A stretch of 64,000 nt of DNA from Pseudomonadota bacterium (GTDB lineage Bacteria > Pseudomonadota > Alphaproteobacteria > MED-G09), in contig JAYZKD010000007.1 in assembly GCA_036163815.1 (NCBI GenBank), positions 305 to 64,304 on the forward strand, in the 5' to 3' direction. Shown one piece after another: positions 31,458-41,019 of the stretch. A model generated the notes under the pieces. The model did not search any database. It worked only from the letters and a program-made list of their open reading frames with translations, and was not told the origin of the DNA. The translations under genes and the position numbers were made by a program. The stretch's first letter is position 1, and the number at the start of each line of letters is the position of its first letter.

Positions 31458-32928
31458 TTATCCACCACCTATCTGGATTTAAAGTATAATCAGATGATTT
31501 CTCTAAACAATGGGCAAAAGATAAGATTGATTCTTCATCAAATGAATTTCCAATTAATTGTAATCCTATTGGCAAATTTTCTTTATCTAAGCCTACTGGA
31601 ATCGATATTGCTGGTAATCCGGCTAAGTTTACAGGTACAGTAAAAACATCATTCAGATACATCTCAAGCGGGTCATCATTCTTTTCTCCAATCTCAAAAG
31701 CCGTAGAAGGTGTTGAAGGACCAAAAATAACATCTACCTTTTCAAAAGCATTTTTAAAATCTTGGGAAATCATTGATCGAACTTTTTGTGCTTTTAAATA
31801 ATAGGCATCATAATATCCAGAAGAAAGAACATAAGTACCTATCATTATTCTTCTTTTTACTTCAGAACCAAACCCTTCAGATCTAGTTTTCTCATACATA
31901 TCAATAATATTATCTGCATTAGCTCTATGAGTAAATTTTACTCCATCATATCTTGCTAAATTTGATGACGCTTCTGCAGGGGCAATTATGTAATAGCAAG
32001 GAAGAGCATATTTTATATTAGGAAGAGAAATATCTACTAACTCTGCGCCTGCTTCACTTAACCATCCCTTTCCTTTTTCCCAATACTCTATTATTTCTTT
32101 AGAAATGCCATCAATTTCATATTCCTTAGGAATCCCTACTTTTTTACCTTTTATGCTTTTTTCCAGAGATTTTACAAAATCAGGTATTTCTTTTTTTGAA
32201 CTAGTTGAATCATTGCTATCATAACTACAAATAGACTTAAGAACTAAAGCTGAATCCTCGACATTTCTTGTAATTGGTCCAGCTTGGTCTAGTGAAGATG
32301 CAAAAGCAATTATGCCCCACCTAGAACATCTTCCATATGTTGGTTTTAAACCGACAGTACCAGTAAATGAAGCTGGTTGCCTAATAGATCCCCCTGTATC
32401 AGTTCCTAAAGAAGCTAAGCCTATACCCGCAGCAACTGATGCCGCTGAACCTCCTGATGAACCACCTGGAACTGTTACTTTGTTGTTAGAATTTCTCCAT
32501 GGATTTTTAACCGTTCCAAAAAAACTTGTTTCATTAGAAGACCCCATAGCAAATTCATCATTGTTCAATTTACCCAGCAAAATTGAACCATCATTCCATA
32601 AGTTCTGTGTTACTGTTGATTCATAAGGCGGTATAAAGTTTTCTAACATCTTGCTTGAAGCTGTAGTTTTAATTCCTTTTGTACAAAACATATCCTTAAT
32701 ACCAAAAGGAATACCTTCTAAAGGCCTTTCATTTCCTTGAGCATAATTTTTATCTGAAATCAAAGCAGCATTTCTCGCCAAATCAGCGGTTTCAGTTATG
32801 AAAGTGTTTAATTCTCTAGAACTTTCCATAGCGGTAATATGAGCGTTTATCAATTCAGTTACACTGATTTCTTTTTTTTTCAAAAAGGTTATTGCTTTAG
32901 AAATGCTTAAATTAGTTAAATCATCCAT
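31450..32928 (-). CDS. gatA: Asp/Glu-tRNA amidotransferase subunit A
   Basis: Amidase signature [14 protein letters not shown]...[12 protein letters not shown]. Confidence 0.95.
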   Translation of the reverse strand: MDDLTNLSISKAITFLKKKEISVTELINAHITAMESSRELNTFITETADLARNAALISDKNYAQGNERPLEGIPFGIKDMFCTKGIKTTASSKMLENFIPPYESTVTQNLWNDGSILLGKLNNDEFAMGSSNETSFFGTVKNPWRNSNNKVTVPGGSSGGSAASVAAGIGLASLGTDTGGSIRQPASFTGTVGLKPTYGRCSRWGIIAFASSLDQAGPITRNVEDSALVLKSICSYDSNDSTSSKKEIPDFVKSLEKSIKGKKVGIPKEYEIDGISKEIIEYWEKGKGWLSEAGAELVDISLPNIKYALPCYYIIAPAEASSNLARYDGVKFTHRANADNIIDMYEKTRSEGFGSEVKRRIMIGTYVLSSGYYDAYYLKAQKVRSMISQDFKNAFEKVDVIFGPSTPSTAFEIGEKNDDPLEMYLNDVFTVPVNLAGLPAISIPVGLDKENLPIGLQLIGNSFDEESILSFAHCLEKSSDYTLNPDRWWINE

Positions 32929-33221
32929 TAATCAACGACCTTTGGAACAAGAAAAAAACCATCTTCAGATTCAGGGGCATTTGAGATAATCTTTTCTCTA
33001 TAGCCACCATCAGATACTTTGTCTTCTCTAAAATTAATATTTCCATCTTCATCAAATGAAGAAAATACAGGATCAACATCATCTGTGTTCAATTCAGATA
33101 ACTGCTCTATCCAATCCAGAATATTTGTTAACTCAAGGGATAAATTCTTTATTTCTTCATCGCTTAAAGATACTCTTGAAAGTCTAGCTATTTTTTTTAC
33201 TAATTCATTATCAATTGACAT
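32928..33221 (-). CDS. gatC: Asp/Glu-tRNA amidotransferase subunit C
   Basis: 97 aa, IARLSRVSLSDEE...LNTDDVDP pattern. 1-nt overlap with gatA. Confidence 0.9.
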   Translation of the reverse strand: MSIDNELVKKIARLSRVSLSDEEIKNLSLELTNILDWIEQLSELNTDDVDPVFSSFDEDGNINFREDKVSDGGYREKIISNAPESEDGFFLVPKVVD

Positions 33222-33289
33222 TTTTCAGATCCTCATCAAAACTAAATAGCAAAGTCCTTCATGCATAGCAAATAACAATTATAGAGTAT

Positions 33290-33751
33290 ATGTTTACTAA
33301 TGATCCAATAAAATTCAAAAATCTAGTTGATGATGAATTACCTTTATTAGCATTAGATCCAGGAACAAAATCAATTGGTATCGCTATTTCAGACATCAAT
33401 AAAAAAATAGCAACACCATTGGAAGTCCTGGAGTTTAAAAAGTATAACGATCTGAAAGAAAAACTTTTAAATATTATACTAGATAGAAAAGTTGGAGGAA
33501 TCGTAATTGGCAATCCAATTAACATGGATGGGTCCATTGGGCCTCGATCTCAATCTAGCAATTCTTTAGCGGATAACCTTTCTTCAGATTTAAAATTACC
33601 TATTCTCTTATGGGATGAAAGATTATCAACTTCTGCGGCAGAAAAGCTATTAATTGAAGCTGATTTATCAAGAAAAAAAAGAAGTAATATAATTGACAAA
33701 ATAGCGGCAAGTTTCATCTTGCAAGGATATTTAGATTTTATTAATAATTAA
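33290..33751 (+). CDS. ruvX: Holliday-junction resolvase-like nuclease RuvX (YqgF)
   Basis: LLALDPGTKSIGIAISD, WDERLST motif, AASFILQGYLD C-terminus. Confidence 0.9.
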   Translation: MFTNDPIKFKNLVDDELPLLALDPGTKSIGIAISDINKKIATPLEVLEFKKYNDLKEKLLNIILDRKVGGIVIGNPINMDGSIGPRSQSSNSLADNLSSDLKLPILLWDERLSTSAAEKLLIEADLSRKKRSNIIDKIAASFILQGYLDFINN

Positions 33752-34608
33752 CCAAGAATTATTTTTTCTAAAAGAGCAATTCTACACCAAAGACCATTTC
33801 GCATTTGCTCAAAATACTTGGCTCTTTTGTCATTATCGAATTCTCTTGGTATTTCATTAACCCTAGGTAACGGGTGCATTACAATTGAATCTCTCTTTAA
33901 AAGCTTTAACTTTTCTATGCTTAAAGAATAATCGTGATCACTACCCCTTTCTTTTTGAACTCTTGTTACATACAAAACATCAGTCTTATCGATAACACTT
34001 TCAATATTGTCAGACTCTATGCTATTACTTGGCAGTAATTCACTTGGTAACTTAAGACCTTCGGGGCTTATAAAGTTAAAATTATTATTCTTGTATCTGC
34101 TTAAAAGTTTAACCAAACTCTTAACAGTTCTTCCGTTTTTTAAATCACCAATAAATGTTATATTTAAATTATCTAGACTTTTATTATTATTAGAATAAAT
34201 CGTAAACCCATCTAATAAAGTTTGTGTAGGATGTTCACCCTCACCATCTCCACCATTAATGATAGGTACAGAACTAACTTTAGCTGCACGGTTTGCTGAT
34301 CCAGTATCAGGATGTCGTAAAACTATACAATCACTTAATGTACTCATTGCTATAATTGTGTCTTCCAATGTCTCACCTTTTGTAGCACTTGAAAATTTAA
34401 CATTATTTATTGGAATCACTGACCCGCCCTTTCTGGTCATGGCGCTATAAAAAGAGGAGGAAGTTCTTGTAGATGCTTCATAAAAAAGATTTGTCAGTAT
34501 CTTTCCGGAAAGTGAGGTTGAGATATTATCTTTATTATTTAATGCATTGGTCCAGATCTCATGAATGAAATCTTCTGACATGTCGTCTACTGATAGAAGA
34601 TGTTGCAC
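33748..34608 (-). CDS. pyrB: Aspartate carbamoyltransferase catalytic subunit
   Basis: FYEASTRTSSSF, HPTQTLLD, HPLPRVNEI motifs. 286 aa. Confidence 0.9.
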   Translation of the reverse strand: MQHLLSVDDMSEDFIHEIWTNALNNKDNISTSLSGKILTNLFYEASTRTSSSFYSAMTRKGGSVIPINNVKFSSATKGETLEDTIIAMSTLSDCIVLRHPDTGSANRAAKVSSVPIINGGDGEGEHPTQTLLDGFTIYSNNNKSLDNLNITFIGDLKNGRTVKSLVKLLSRYKNNNFNFISPEGLKLPSELLPSNSIESDNIESVIDKTDVLYVTRVQKERGSDHDYSLSIEKLKLLKRDSIVMHPLPRVNEIPREFDNDKRAKYFEQMRNGLWCRIALLEKIILG

Positions 34609-34642
34609 ATATTATCCTTTCAGATTATCTATATACATCAAA

Positions 34643-35254
34643 ATGGAAATTTTTAACGCAATATTTTTATATTTTTTTATAATTACTTTTTCTTATCTTC
34701 TTGGATCAATACCATTCGGTTATTTATTAACGAGGTATTTTACCAAAGTTGATATTCGAAATATTGGATCCGGAAATATTGGAACAACTAATGTTTTAAG
34801 AACCGGTAAAAAAATTTTAGCCCTACTAACTCTCTGCTTCGATATCTTTAAAGGATTCTTGCCCATTTATTTGGCATTTAAGTTGGCGGATACAGATGCT
34901 CAATCCATAACTTTTATTTATTTAGCTTCAATATTTACCTTTTTAGGTCATATTTTTCCAATATGGCTAAAATTTAAGGGCGGAAAAGGTGTTGCTACAT
35001 TTATTGGAATAATATTTGGTTTATCCTATTATTCGGCATTAATATTTATCTTTTCTTGGTTACTTATAGCATTGGTATCTAAAAAATCTTCTATCAGTTC
35101 AATTTTTGCTAGCTTAATAACAACTATTTATTTCTATTTATTTAATAGCTTTCTTGGACCGCTGATCCTTCTTCTTCAATTAATTATAATTTTAAAACAT
35201 AGTGAAAACATAAAAAGAATTTTAAATAAAACCGAACCAAATATTTCTCTATAA
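34643..35254 (+). CDS. plsY: Glycerol-3-phosphate acyltransferase PlsY
   Basis: GSGNIGTTNVLRTG and FKGGKGVAT motifs. The ORF-track start at 34565 would overlap pyrB, so the Met at 34643 (MEIFNAIF) is the plausible start. Confidence 0.9.
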   Translation: MEIFNAIFLYFFIITFSYLLGSIPFGYLLTRYFTKVDIRNIGSGNIGTTNVLRTGKKILALLTLCFDIFKGFLPIYLAFKLADTDAQSITFIYLASIFTFLGHIFPIWLKFKGGKGVATFIGIIFGLSYYSALIFIFSWLLIALVSKKSSISSIFASLITTIYFYLFNSFLGPLILLLQLIIILKHSENIKRILNKTEPNISL

Positions 35255-35329
35255 ATTTAGTTATTAATTAAAAAAAATAATTACTTATTTGACTTATTCA
35301 TTAAAAAATGAAATTTCTTACTTTTTTAA

Positions 35330-37810
35330 GTGGAGAAACCATTGCATTTAGTTGTTGTTGAGTCGCCTGCAAAAGCTAAAACCATAGAAAGCTATCTTGG
35401 ATCTGAATACAAGGTAATAGCTTCGCTAGGTCATATTAGAGATTTACCCTCAAGTGAAGGTTCTGTTAAGCCAGATAACAATTTTGAAATGATTTGGGAA
35501 CTAGGTGATAAGGGAAAAAAGCAAGCAAAAACGCTTAATGAAGCCGTAAAAAATTCTGAAAGTTTAATTTTAGCAACAGACCCAGATAGAGAAGGTGAAG
35601 CAATAGCATGGCATGTTCTTGAAGTTCTTCAAGAAAAAGGAAGTTTAAAAGACAAAAAAGTATCAAGAGTTACATTTAATGCAATAACTAAAAAAGAAAT
35701 AACTGAGGCTATTAGAAAACCAAGAGAAATAGATAATGAAATGGTGGAAGCCTATCTCGCAAGAAGAGCGTTGGATTATCTTGTAGGATTTACAATTTCT
35801 CCAGTTTTGTGGAGAAAATTACCTGGCGCTAGATCTGCAGGAAGAGTGCAATCTGTTGCTCTTAGACTAATTTGTGAAAGGGAAATTGAAATTGAATCAT
35901 TCTTGCCTCAAGAATATTGGTCAATCGAGGGGTTATTTTCATATGAAGATTTTGATCCTTTTGAAGCAAAATTAACACATTATGAAGGCAAAAAATTAGA
36001 GCAATTTGATATAAATACTGAAAATAGATCTCTTGAGATTAAAAAAAATATCGATGAGAGTAATTTTCTAATTAACGAAATTCGTGAAACAGAAGTTACT
36101 CGTAAACCTTCCCCACCATTTATTACATCAACATTACAAATGGAAGCGTCACGCAAACTAAATATGACGGCAAAAAATACAATGATGACGGCACAGAAAC
36201 TTTATGAAGCGGGATTAATAACTTATATGAGGACGGACGGGGTACAGATAGGAAATGAAAGTATTGAGGAAATAAGAAATAGTATAAGCGATATACATGG
36301 CAAAAAATTTCTTCCAGAAAAGATAAAAGATTATAAGGGAAATATTGCAAATGCTCAGGAGGCACATGAGGCAATAAGACCTACGGATCCAAAGAAAACA
36401 CCAGATCTTGTGAAAAGTGAATTAAGTAATGACCAGCTTGAGTTGTACTCATTAATTTGGAAGAGAACTCTTGCAAGTCAAATGAAAAATTGGAAAGGAC
36501 TAAGAACTACTTTAATCATTAATAACGAACAAAATGATATTACATTTCGTGCATCAGGAACTGTAACCGTTTTTGAAGGTTTTAGAACCTTATATGAAGA
36601 AGGAAGAACTGATGAAAAAGAAGAAGTGCAGAAACTACCAAAACTATCTAAAGGCGTTAACCTTGGAAATATCTCAATAAATACAAATCAACATTTTACT
36701 AAACCTCCAGCACGTTTTTCTGAAGCCTCTTTAGTTAAATCTCTAGAAGAAAAAGGAATTGGAAGGCCATCAACTTACGCATCTATTATATCGGTCTTGC
36801 AAGATAGAAATTATGTAAGGCTTGATAAACGATATTTTTACCCCGAAGACAAAGGAAGGCTTGTTACATCATTTTTAGAAAGTTTTTTCCGTCAATATGT
36901 TGGTTATAATTTTACAGCAGAATTAGAGGAAAATTTAGATAAAGTTTCTAATGGAGATATTAATTGGAAAGAGTTTTTAAATAATTTCTGGGATGAATTC
37001 AGTGATTGTTCTGAAAAGGCATTAGAACTGCGAACTAGAGATATTTTAGACCAATTAAATGAAAGTTTGGGAAGTCATATTTTTAAAACAGATAATGGTG
37101 AAATAGATAGAAACTGCCCAAAATGTAATGGGGGAACTTTGAGTCTAAAGACAAGTAAAAATGGAGCTTTTATAGGATGTTCAGCCTATCCAGAATGTAA
37201 ATATACAAGAACCTTTGGCTCAAATAGTAATGTCGAACCAAGATTAATTGGAAGGGACCCAGAAACAAGTAAGGAAATCAATCTTTTAGTTGGAAGGTAC
37301 GGACCTTACCTTGAAATAAAAAATGATAGCGAAGAGGAAGGTAAACCAAAAAGAGCAACAATTCCTAAAAATATAGATCCTGATGAAGTAAATATCGATT
37401 TAGCTTTAAACCTTCTATCTTTACCAAAAATAATTGGTCTTCATCCTGAAGACGGTAATGAAATAAAAGCTGGATTAGGAAGATTTGGTCCTTATGTTCT
37501 TCATGAAGGAATTTATGCTAGCCTTACAAATGTCGAAGAACTGTTCACAATTGGTTTAAACAGAGCGATTGATTTAATTGAAGAAAAAAAGGCGAATCCT
37601 GGAAGAGGTAGGGCTAGTAAAAAAATAAAAGAACTCGGAAAGAACTCCACGGATGGAAAAGAAATCGTATTGATGGAAGGAAGATATGGTCCTTATGCAA
37701 AATCTGGAAAGATAAATGCATCAATACCAAAAGATTTAGATTTAGATTCTGTAACATTAGAAATCGCTATTGACCTTATTGAAAAACAAAAAACTAAGAA
37801 AAAGAAGTAA
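35330..37810 (+). CDS. topA: DNA topoisomerase I
   Basis: GTG start. Toprim LVVVESPAKAKTI and ILATDPDREGEAIAWH, active-site GLITYMRTDG, Zn-ribbon CPKCNGG...CSAYPECKY, Lys-rich tail. Confidence 0.95.
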   Translation: MEKPLHLVVVESPAKAKTIESYLGSEYKVIASLGHIRDLPSSEGSVKPDNNFEMIWELGDKGKKQAKTLNEAVKNSESLILATDPDREGEAIAWHVLEVLQEKGSLKDKKVSRVTFNAITKKEITEAIRKPREIDNEMVEAYLARRALDYLVGFTISPVLWRKLPGARSAGRVQSVALRLICEREIEIESFLPQEYWSIEGLFSYEDFDPFEAKLTHYEGKKLEQFDINTENRSLEIKKNIDESNFLINEIRETEVTRKPSPPFITSTLQMEASRKLNMTAKNTMMTAQKLYEAGLITYMRTDGVQIGNESIEEIRNSISDIHGKKFLPEKIKDYKGNIANAQEAHEAIRPTDPKKTPDLVKSELSNDQLELYSLIWKRTLASQMKNWKGLRTTLIINNEQNDITFRASGTVTVFEGFRTLYEEGRTDEKEEVQKLPKLSKGVNLGNISINTNQHFTKPPARFSEASLVKSLEEKGIGRPSTYASIISVLQDRNYVRLDKRYFYPEDKGRLVTSFLESFFRQYVGYNFTAELEENLDKVSNGDINWKEFLNNFWDEFSDCSEKALELRTRDILDQLNESLGSHIFKTDNGEIDRNCPKCNGGTLSLKTSKNGAFIGCSAYPECKYTRTFGSNSNVEPRLIGRDPETSKEINLLVGRYGPYLEIKNDSEEEGKPKRATIPKNIDPDEVNIDLALNLLSLPKIIGLHPEDGNEIKAGLGRFGPYVLHEGIYASLTNVEELFTIGLNRAIDLIEEKKANPGRGRASKKIKELGKNSTDGKEIVLMEGRYGPYAKSGKINASIPKDLDLDSVTLEIAIDLIEKQKTKKKK

Positions 37811-38418
37811 TGAATAAACCGGTAAAACCTAAACCTGCTGCAAGCTTAATTTTAATAAGAAATAAAAAAAATAAAAGTGAAGTTTTGATGGGTCAAAGAC
37901 CTAAAACATCAAAATTTGCGCCAAACATGTGGGTGTTTCCTGGTGGAAGATTGGAAAGATTAGATTTTTTTAATGATCAAATTTTTTTGAAAAGGAAAGT
38001 ATTAAGCGATCTCAATAAATTAAAAGCTACAGAATCTTTATCTAGGGGACTAATTTCTGCGGCAATAAGAGAAACAGAAGAAGAAACAGGGCTCAAATTA
38101 ATCAATAAAAATTTAGATGACTTGTGGGTTTTAGCTAGAGCAATTACTCCAACTTATCAAAAAATTAGATTTGATACAAAATTCTTTGTTTTAGATCATA
38201 ATAACTTCTCAAAAAAGATTGTCGGAAATGGTGAATTAAATAATTTAGGCTTCCTTGATCTTTATAAAGCCATAAAGCTTCCGTTATTTGATATAACCGA
38301 ATTTCTTCTCGAAGAATTAATAAAAAAACAAGAAAATAAAATTAATAAAAAATATTTTCCCTTTTTTTGGAGATATAAGAAATCTGCAAGAATAATTACA
38401 AGACCTAATAATACTTGA
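37810..38418 (+). CDS. NUDIX hydrolase with a split Nudix box
   Basis: FPGGRLERLD ... AAIRETEEETGL. There are 34 residues instead of 7 between the two halves of the box. TAATG overlap with topA. Confidence 0.7.
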   Translation: MNKPVKPKPAASLILIRNKKNKSEVLMGQRPKTSKFAPNMWVFPGGRLERLDFFNDQIFLKRKVLSDLNKLKATESLSRGLISAAIRETEEETGLKLINKNLDDLWVLARAITPTYQKIRFDTKFFVLDHNNFSKKIVGNGELNNLGFLDLYKAIKLPLFDITEFLLEELIKKQENKINKKYFPFFWRYKKSARIITRPNNT

Positions 38419-38459
38419 CTAAAAAAGAAATATACCTATTTTCACCTAAAAGGTAGATC

Positions 38460-38627
38460 ATGGCAAAACAAACTACAGTAAAGATTAAATTAGAAAGCAC
38501 TGCTGGTACTGGATATTATTATGTAACCAAAAAAAATTCTCGTACAATGACTGAAAAAATGGTTGTAAAAAAATATGACCCTATAGCTAGAAAGCATGTA
38601 GAGTTTAAAGAAGGAAAAATAAAATAA
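38460..38627 (+). CDS. rpmG: 50S ribosomal protein L33 (not in the supplied ORF track)
   Basis: Hand translation gives [55 protein letters not shown] (55 aa). AAAAGGTAG lies upstream. Confidence 0.9.
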   Translation: MAKQTTVKIKLESTAGTGYYYVTKKNSRTMTEKMVVKKYDPIARKHVEFKEGKIK

Positions 38628-38629
38628 AT

Positions 38630-39304
38630 CTGGAAGATGAAACCTTAAATCAAATTAATTCCTTATCATTAAAAGAAAATATTCCAATTTTAATAGTTGA
38701 CGCAGATGAGGTCATTTTCTTATTTCTCGAAGGTTTAGAAAATTATTTAAAAAATAAAGGACTGTTCTTGGATTTAAATGAACCAAGAATCACAGGAAAT
38801 ATTAAAGAAATAAAAACAGGAAAAAGAATAGAAAATTTGAATATGAACAAAATAATGCCAGATTTTTTTAATACTGAAACAGAAAATCTAAAAATAATCA
38901 ATGATTCAAAGAATGTCTTAAAAAAATTATCAAAACTCTTACAGATAATCGTTCTTACCAACCTTCCACACAAAGATAAGAATAAAAGGGTTAAAGCGTT
39001 ATTAAAGAATGATATGAATTTTCCTGTAATTACTAATAGCGGTTTAAAGGGTGAAGCGGTAAAAAAAATATTAGAAAAGACAAAAATTAAAGTTAAATCT
39101 TTTTTTATCGACGATATGCCATTAAATATTGACTCAGTCTCTAAAGAATCACCGAATACACTTTGTATTCATTTCATTCAAGATAAAAGAATTAAGAAAT
39201 TGATGCCAACACCTAAAAGTGCAACAATTAGCCTTCATAACTGGTTAGATATAGAAAAGTTTATACTAGAAAATCTTAATGATGATGGTGAAAAAGAAAC
39301 CTAA
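38630..39304 (+). CDS. HAD-superfamily hydrolase; true start uncertain (no canonical start upstream of catalytic motif I)
   Basis: Motif I ILIVDADEVIF (38687..38719), motif II IIVLTNLP, motif III Lys (GLKGEAVKK), motif IV FFIDDMPLN. The ORF track begins at TTG 38768, downstream of motif I. The frame is open from 38609. Confidence 0.55.
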   Translation: MEDETLNQINSLSLKENIPILIVDADEVIFLFLEGLENYLKNKGLFLDLNEPRITGNIKEIKTGKRIENLNMNKIMPDFFNTETENLKIINDSKNVLKKLSKLLQIIVLTNLPHKDKNKRVKALLKNDMNFPVITNSGLKGEAVKKILEKTKIKVKSFFIDDMPLNIDSVSKESPNTLCIHFIQDKRIKKLMPTPKSATISLHNWLDIEKFILENLNDDGEKET

Positions 39305-40592
39305 TAGTAAGATTATTCAATTTTGTAGAGATTGTTACAATCTATCAAAAGAAAAAACTAATAAATGTAAAAAATGTTTCTCACCAAGAACTATTCAACA
39401 TAATGAAATATCTAATTTAACAATAGCACATATTGATTGTGATGCCTTTTATGCCTCAGTTGAGAAAAGGGATAATCCAAAACTTAAAAATAAACCTGTA
39501 ATTATTGGCGGAGGTACGCGGGGTGTTGTTTCTACAGCATGCTACATTGCGCGAATAAAAGGAGTTCATTCAGCTATGCCTATGTATAAAGCTAAAAAGT
39601 TATGTCCAGAAGCCATAGTAATTAGTCCAAATATTAAAAAATATAAAAAAATTAGCAATCAAATTAGGAATCTAATGAAAGACCTAACGCCTATAATAGA
39701 GCCTATATCTCTTGACGAAGCTTTTTTAGATTTAAAAGGCACTTATAGATTGCATAAAAAAATTCCTGCTATCCTGTTGGCAGAATTAGTTAATAAGATA
39801 GAAAATGAAATAAATATAACTGCCTCTGTGGGTCTTTCATTTAATAAATACCTAGCTAAAGTTTGTTCCGATCTAGATAAACCTAAAGGCTTTTCAGTTT
39901 TAGGAAAAAATGAAGCAATTACTTTTCTAAAAGATAAACCAGTAAATCTACTTTGGGGTGTAGGAAAAAAATTTAAAAACAAACTTAACTCTGATGGAAT
40001 AATTAATATCGGGCAAATTCAAAAAATGGAGGAAAAAGAATTGATAAAAAGGTATGGAGTGACGGGCCTTCATATATCACAATTGTCTAAAGGCAAGGAT
40101 TCAAGAACCGTAAAAGCAAATAGACAGATTAAAAGTATAAGTCATGAAACAACCTTTTCTAAAAATATCAAAAATAAAAAAGAATTGGAGGATATTCTAG
40201 TTAATTTATCACAGAAAGTTGCTTTTAGAGCAAAATCAAGTGAATTAGGAGGAAAAACTATAAATCTAAAACTAAAAACAAAGGATTTTAAGTTAATATC
40301 TAGATCTAAAACAATTAACCACCCCACGCAGCTGGAAAGAATAATTTATAAAGTAGCAAAGGAACTCTTATATAATGAAAAAAATAATTATGAATACAGG
40401 TTAATAGGTTTAGGTATTTCAGAATTAAAAGAGGAAAGATTTTGTGACCTAGGCGATCTGATCGATTTAAAATACAATAATGAAAAGAATATTGATACCG
40501 CAATTAATTCTTTAAGAGCCAAATTTGGTGATAATATAATAGAAAGAGGAAAAAATTATGCAGAACATAGAAGAGAATCTAAAAAAACTTAA
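39279..40592 (+). CDS. dinB: DNA polymerase IV with an N-terminal Cys4 extension
   Basis: FCRDC...CKKC extension, then IAHIDCDAFYASVEKRDNP, SLDEAFLDL and a little-finger region. Confidence 0.9.
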   Translation: MMMVKKKPNSKIIQFCRDCYNLSKEKTNKCKKCFSPRTIQHNEISNLTIAHIDCDAFYASVEKRDNPKLKNKPVIIGGGTRGVVSTACYIARIKGVHSAMPMYKAKKLCPEAIVISPNIKKYKKISNQIRNLMKDLTPIIEPISLDEAFLDLKGTYRLHKKIPAILLAELVNKIENEINITASVGLSFNKYLAKVCSDLDKPKGFSVLGKNEAITFLKDKPVNLLWGVGKKFKNKLNSDGIINIGQIQKMEEKELIKRYGVTGLHISQLSKGKDSRTVKANRQIKSISHETTFSKNIKNKKELEDILVNLSQKVAFRAKSSELGGKTINLKLKTKDFKLISRSKTINHPTQLERIIYKVAKELLYNEKNNYEYRLIGLGISELKEERFCDLGDLIDLKYNNEKNIDTAINSLRAKFGDNIIERGKNYAEHRRESKKT

Positions 40593-41019
40593 TATAGTAC
40601 TTCCTGAGCCAGCTTCTCCAGTAGCAACCTATGTTCCTTATAATATAACTGATAATTTATTATTTATTTCTGGACAAGGTCCTTTTGATGGATCCAAACT
40701 AATTACCGGAAAAGTGGGTGATAAATTATCTATTGAAGATGGTCAAGAAGCCGCAAGATTATGCGCTTTAATGATTTTATCTCAAGCAAAAAGAGCGTGC
40801 GGCAATCTAAACAATATTAAAAAGTGCATTAAAATTGGAGGTTTTGTAAACTCGGGAAAAGATTTTACTGATCACGCATTAATTCTTGATGGTGCATCAA
40901 AATTATTGATACAAATTTTTGGGAAATCTGGTTGGCATGCTAGGTTTGCAGTTGGTTCATCATCTTTGCCATTAAATATGGCAGTAGAGATTGATGCAAT
41001 ATTCGAAATAAAAAACTGA
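40558..41019 (+). CDS. RidA/YjgF-family protein
   Basis: 153 aa. LFISGQGP...GKVG...QEAARL...ALNNI.. and a terminal VEIDAIFEI pattern typical of the YjgF/RutC fold. Confidence 0.75.
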   Translation: MQNIEENLKKLNIVLPEPASPVATYVPYNITDNLLFISGQGPFDGSKLITGKVGDKLSIEDGQEAARLCALMILSQAKRACGNLNNIKKCIKIGGFVNSGKDFTDHALILDGASKLLIQIFGKSGWHARFAVGSSSLPLNMAVEIDAIFEIKN

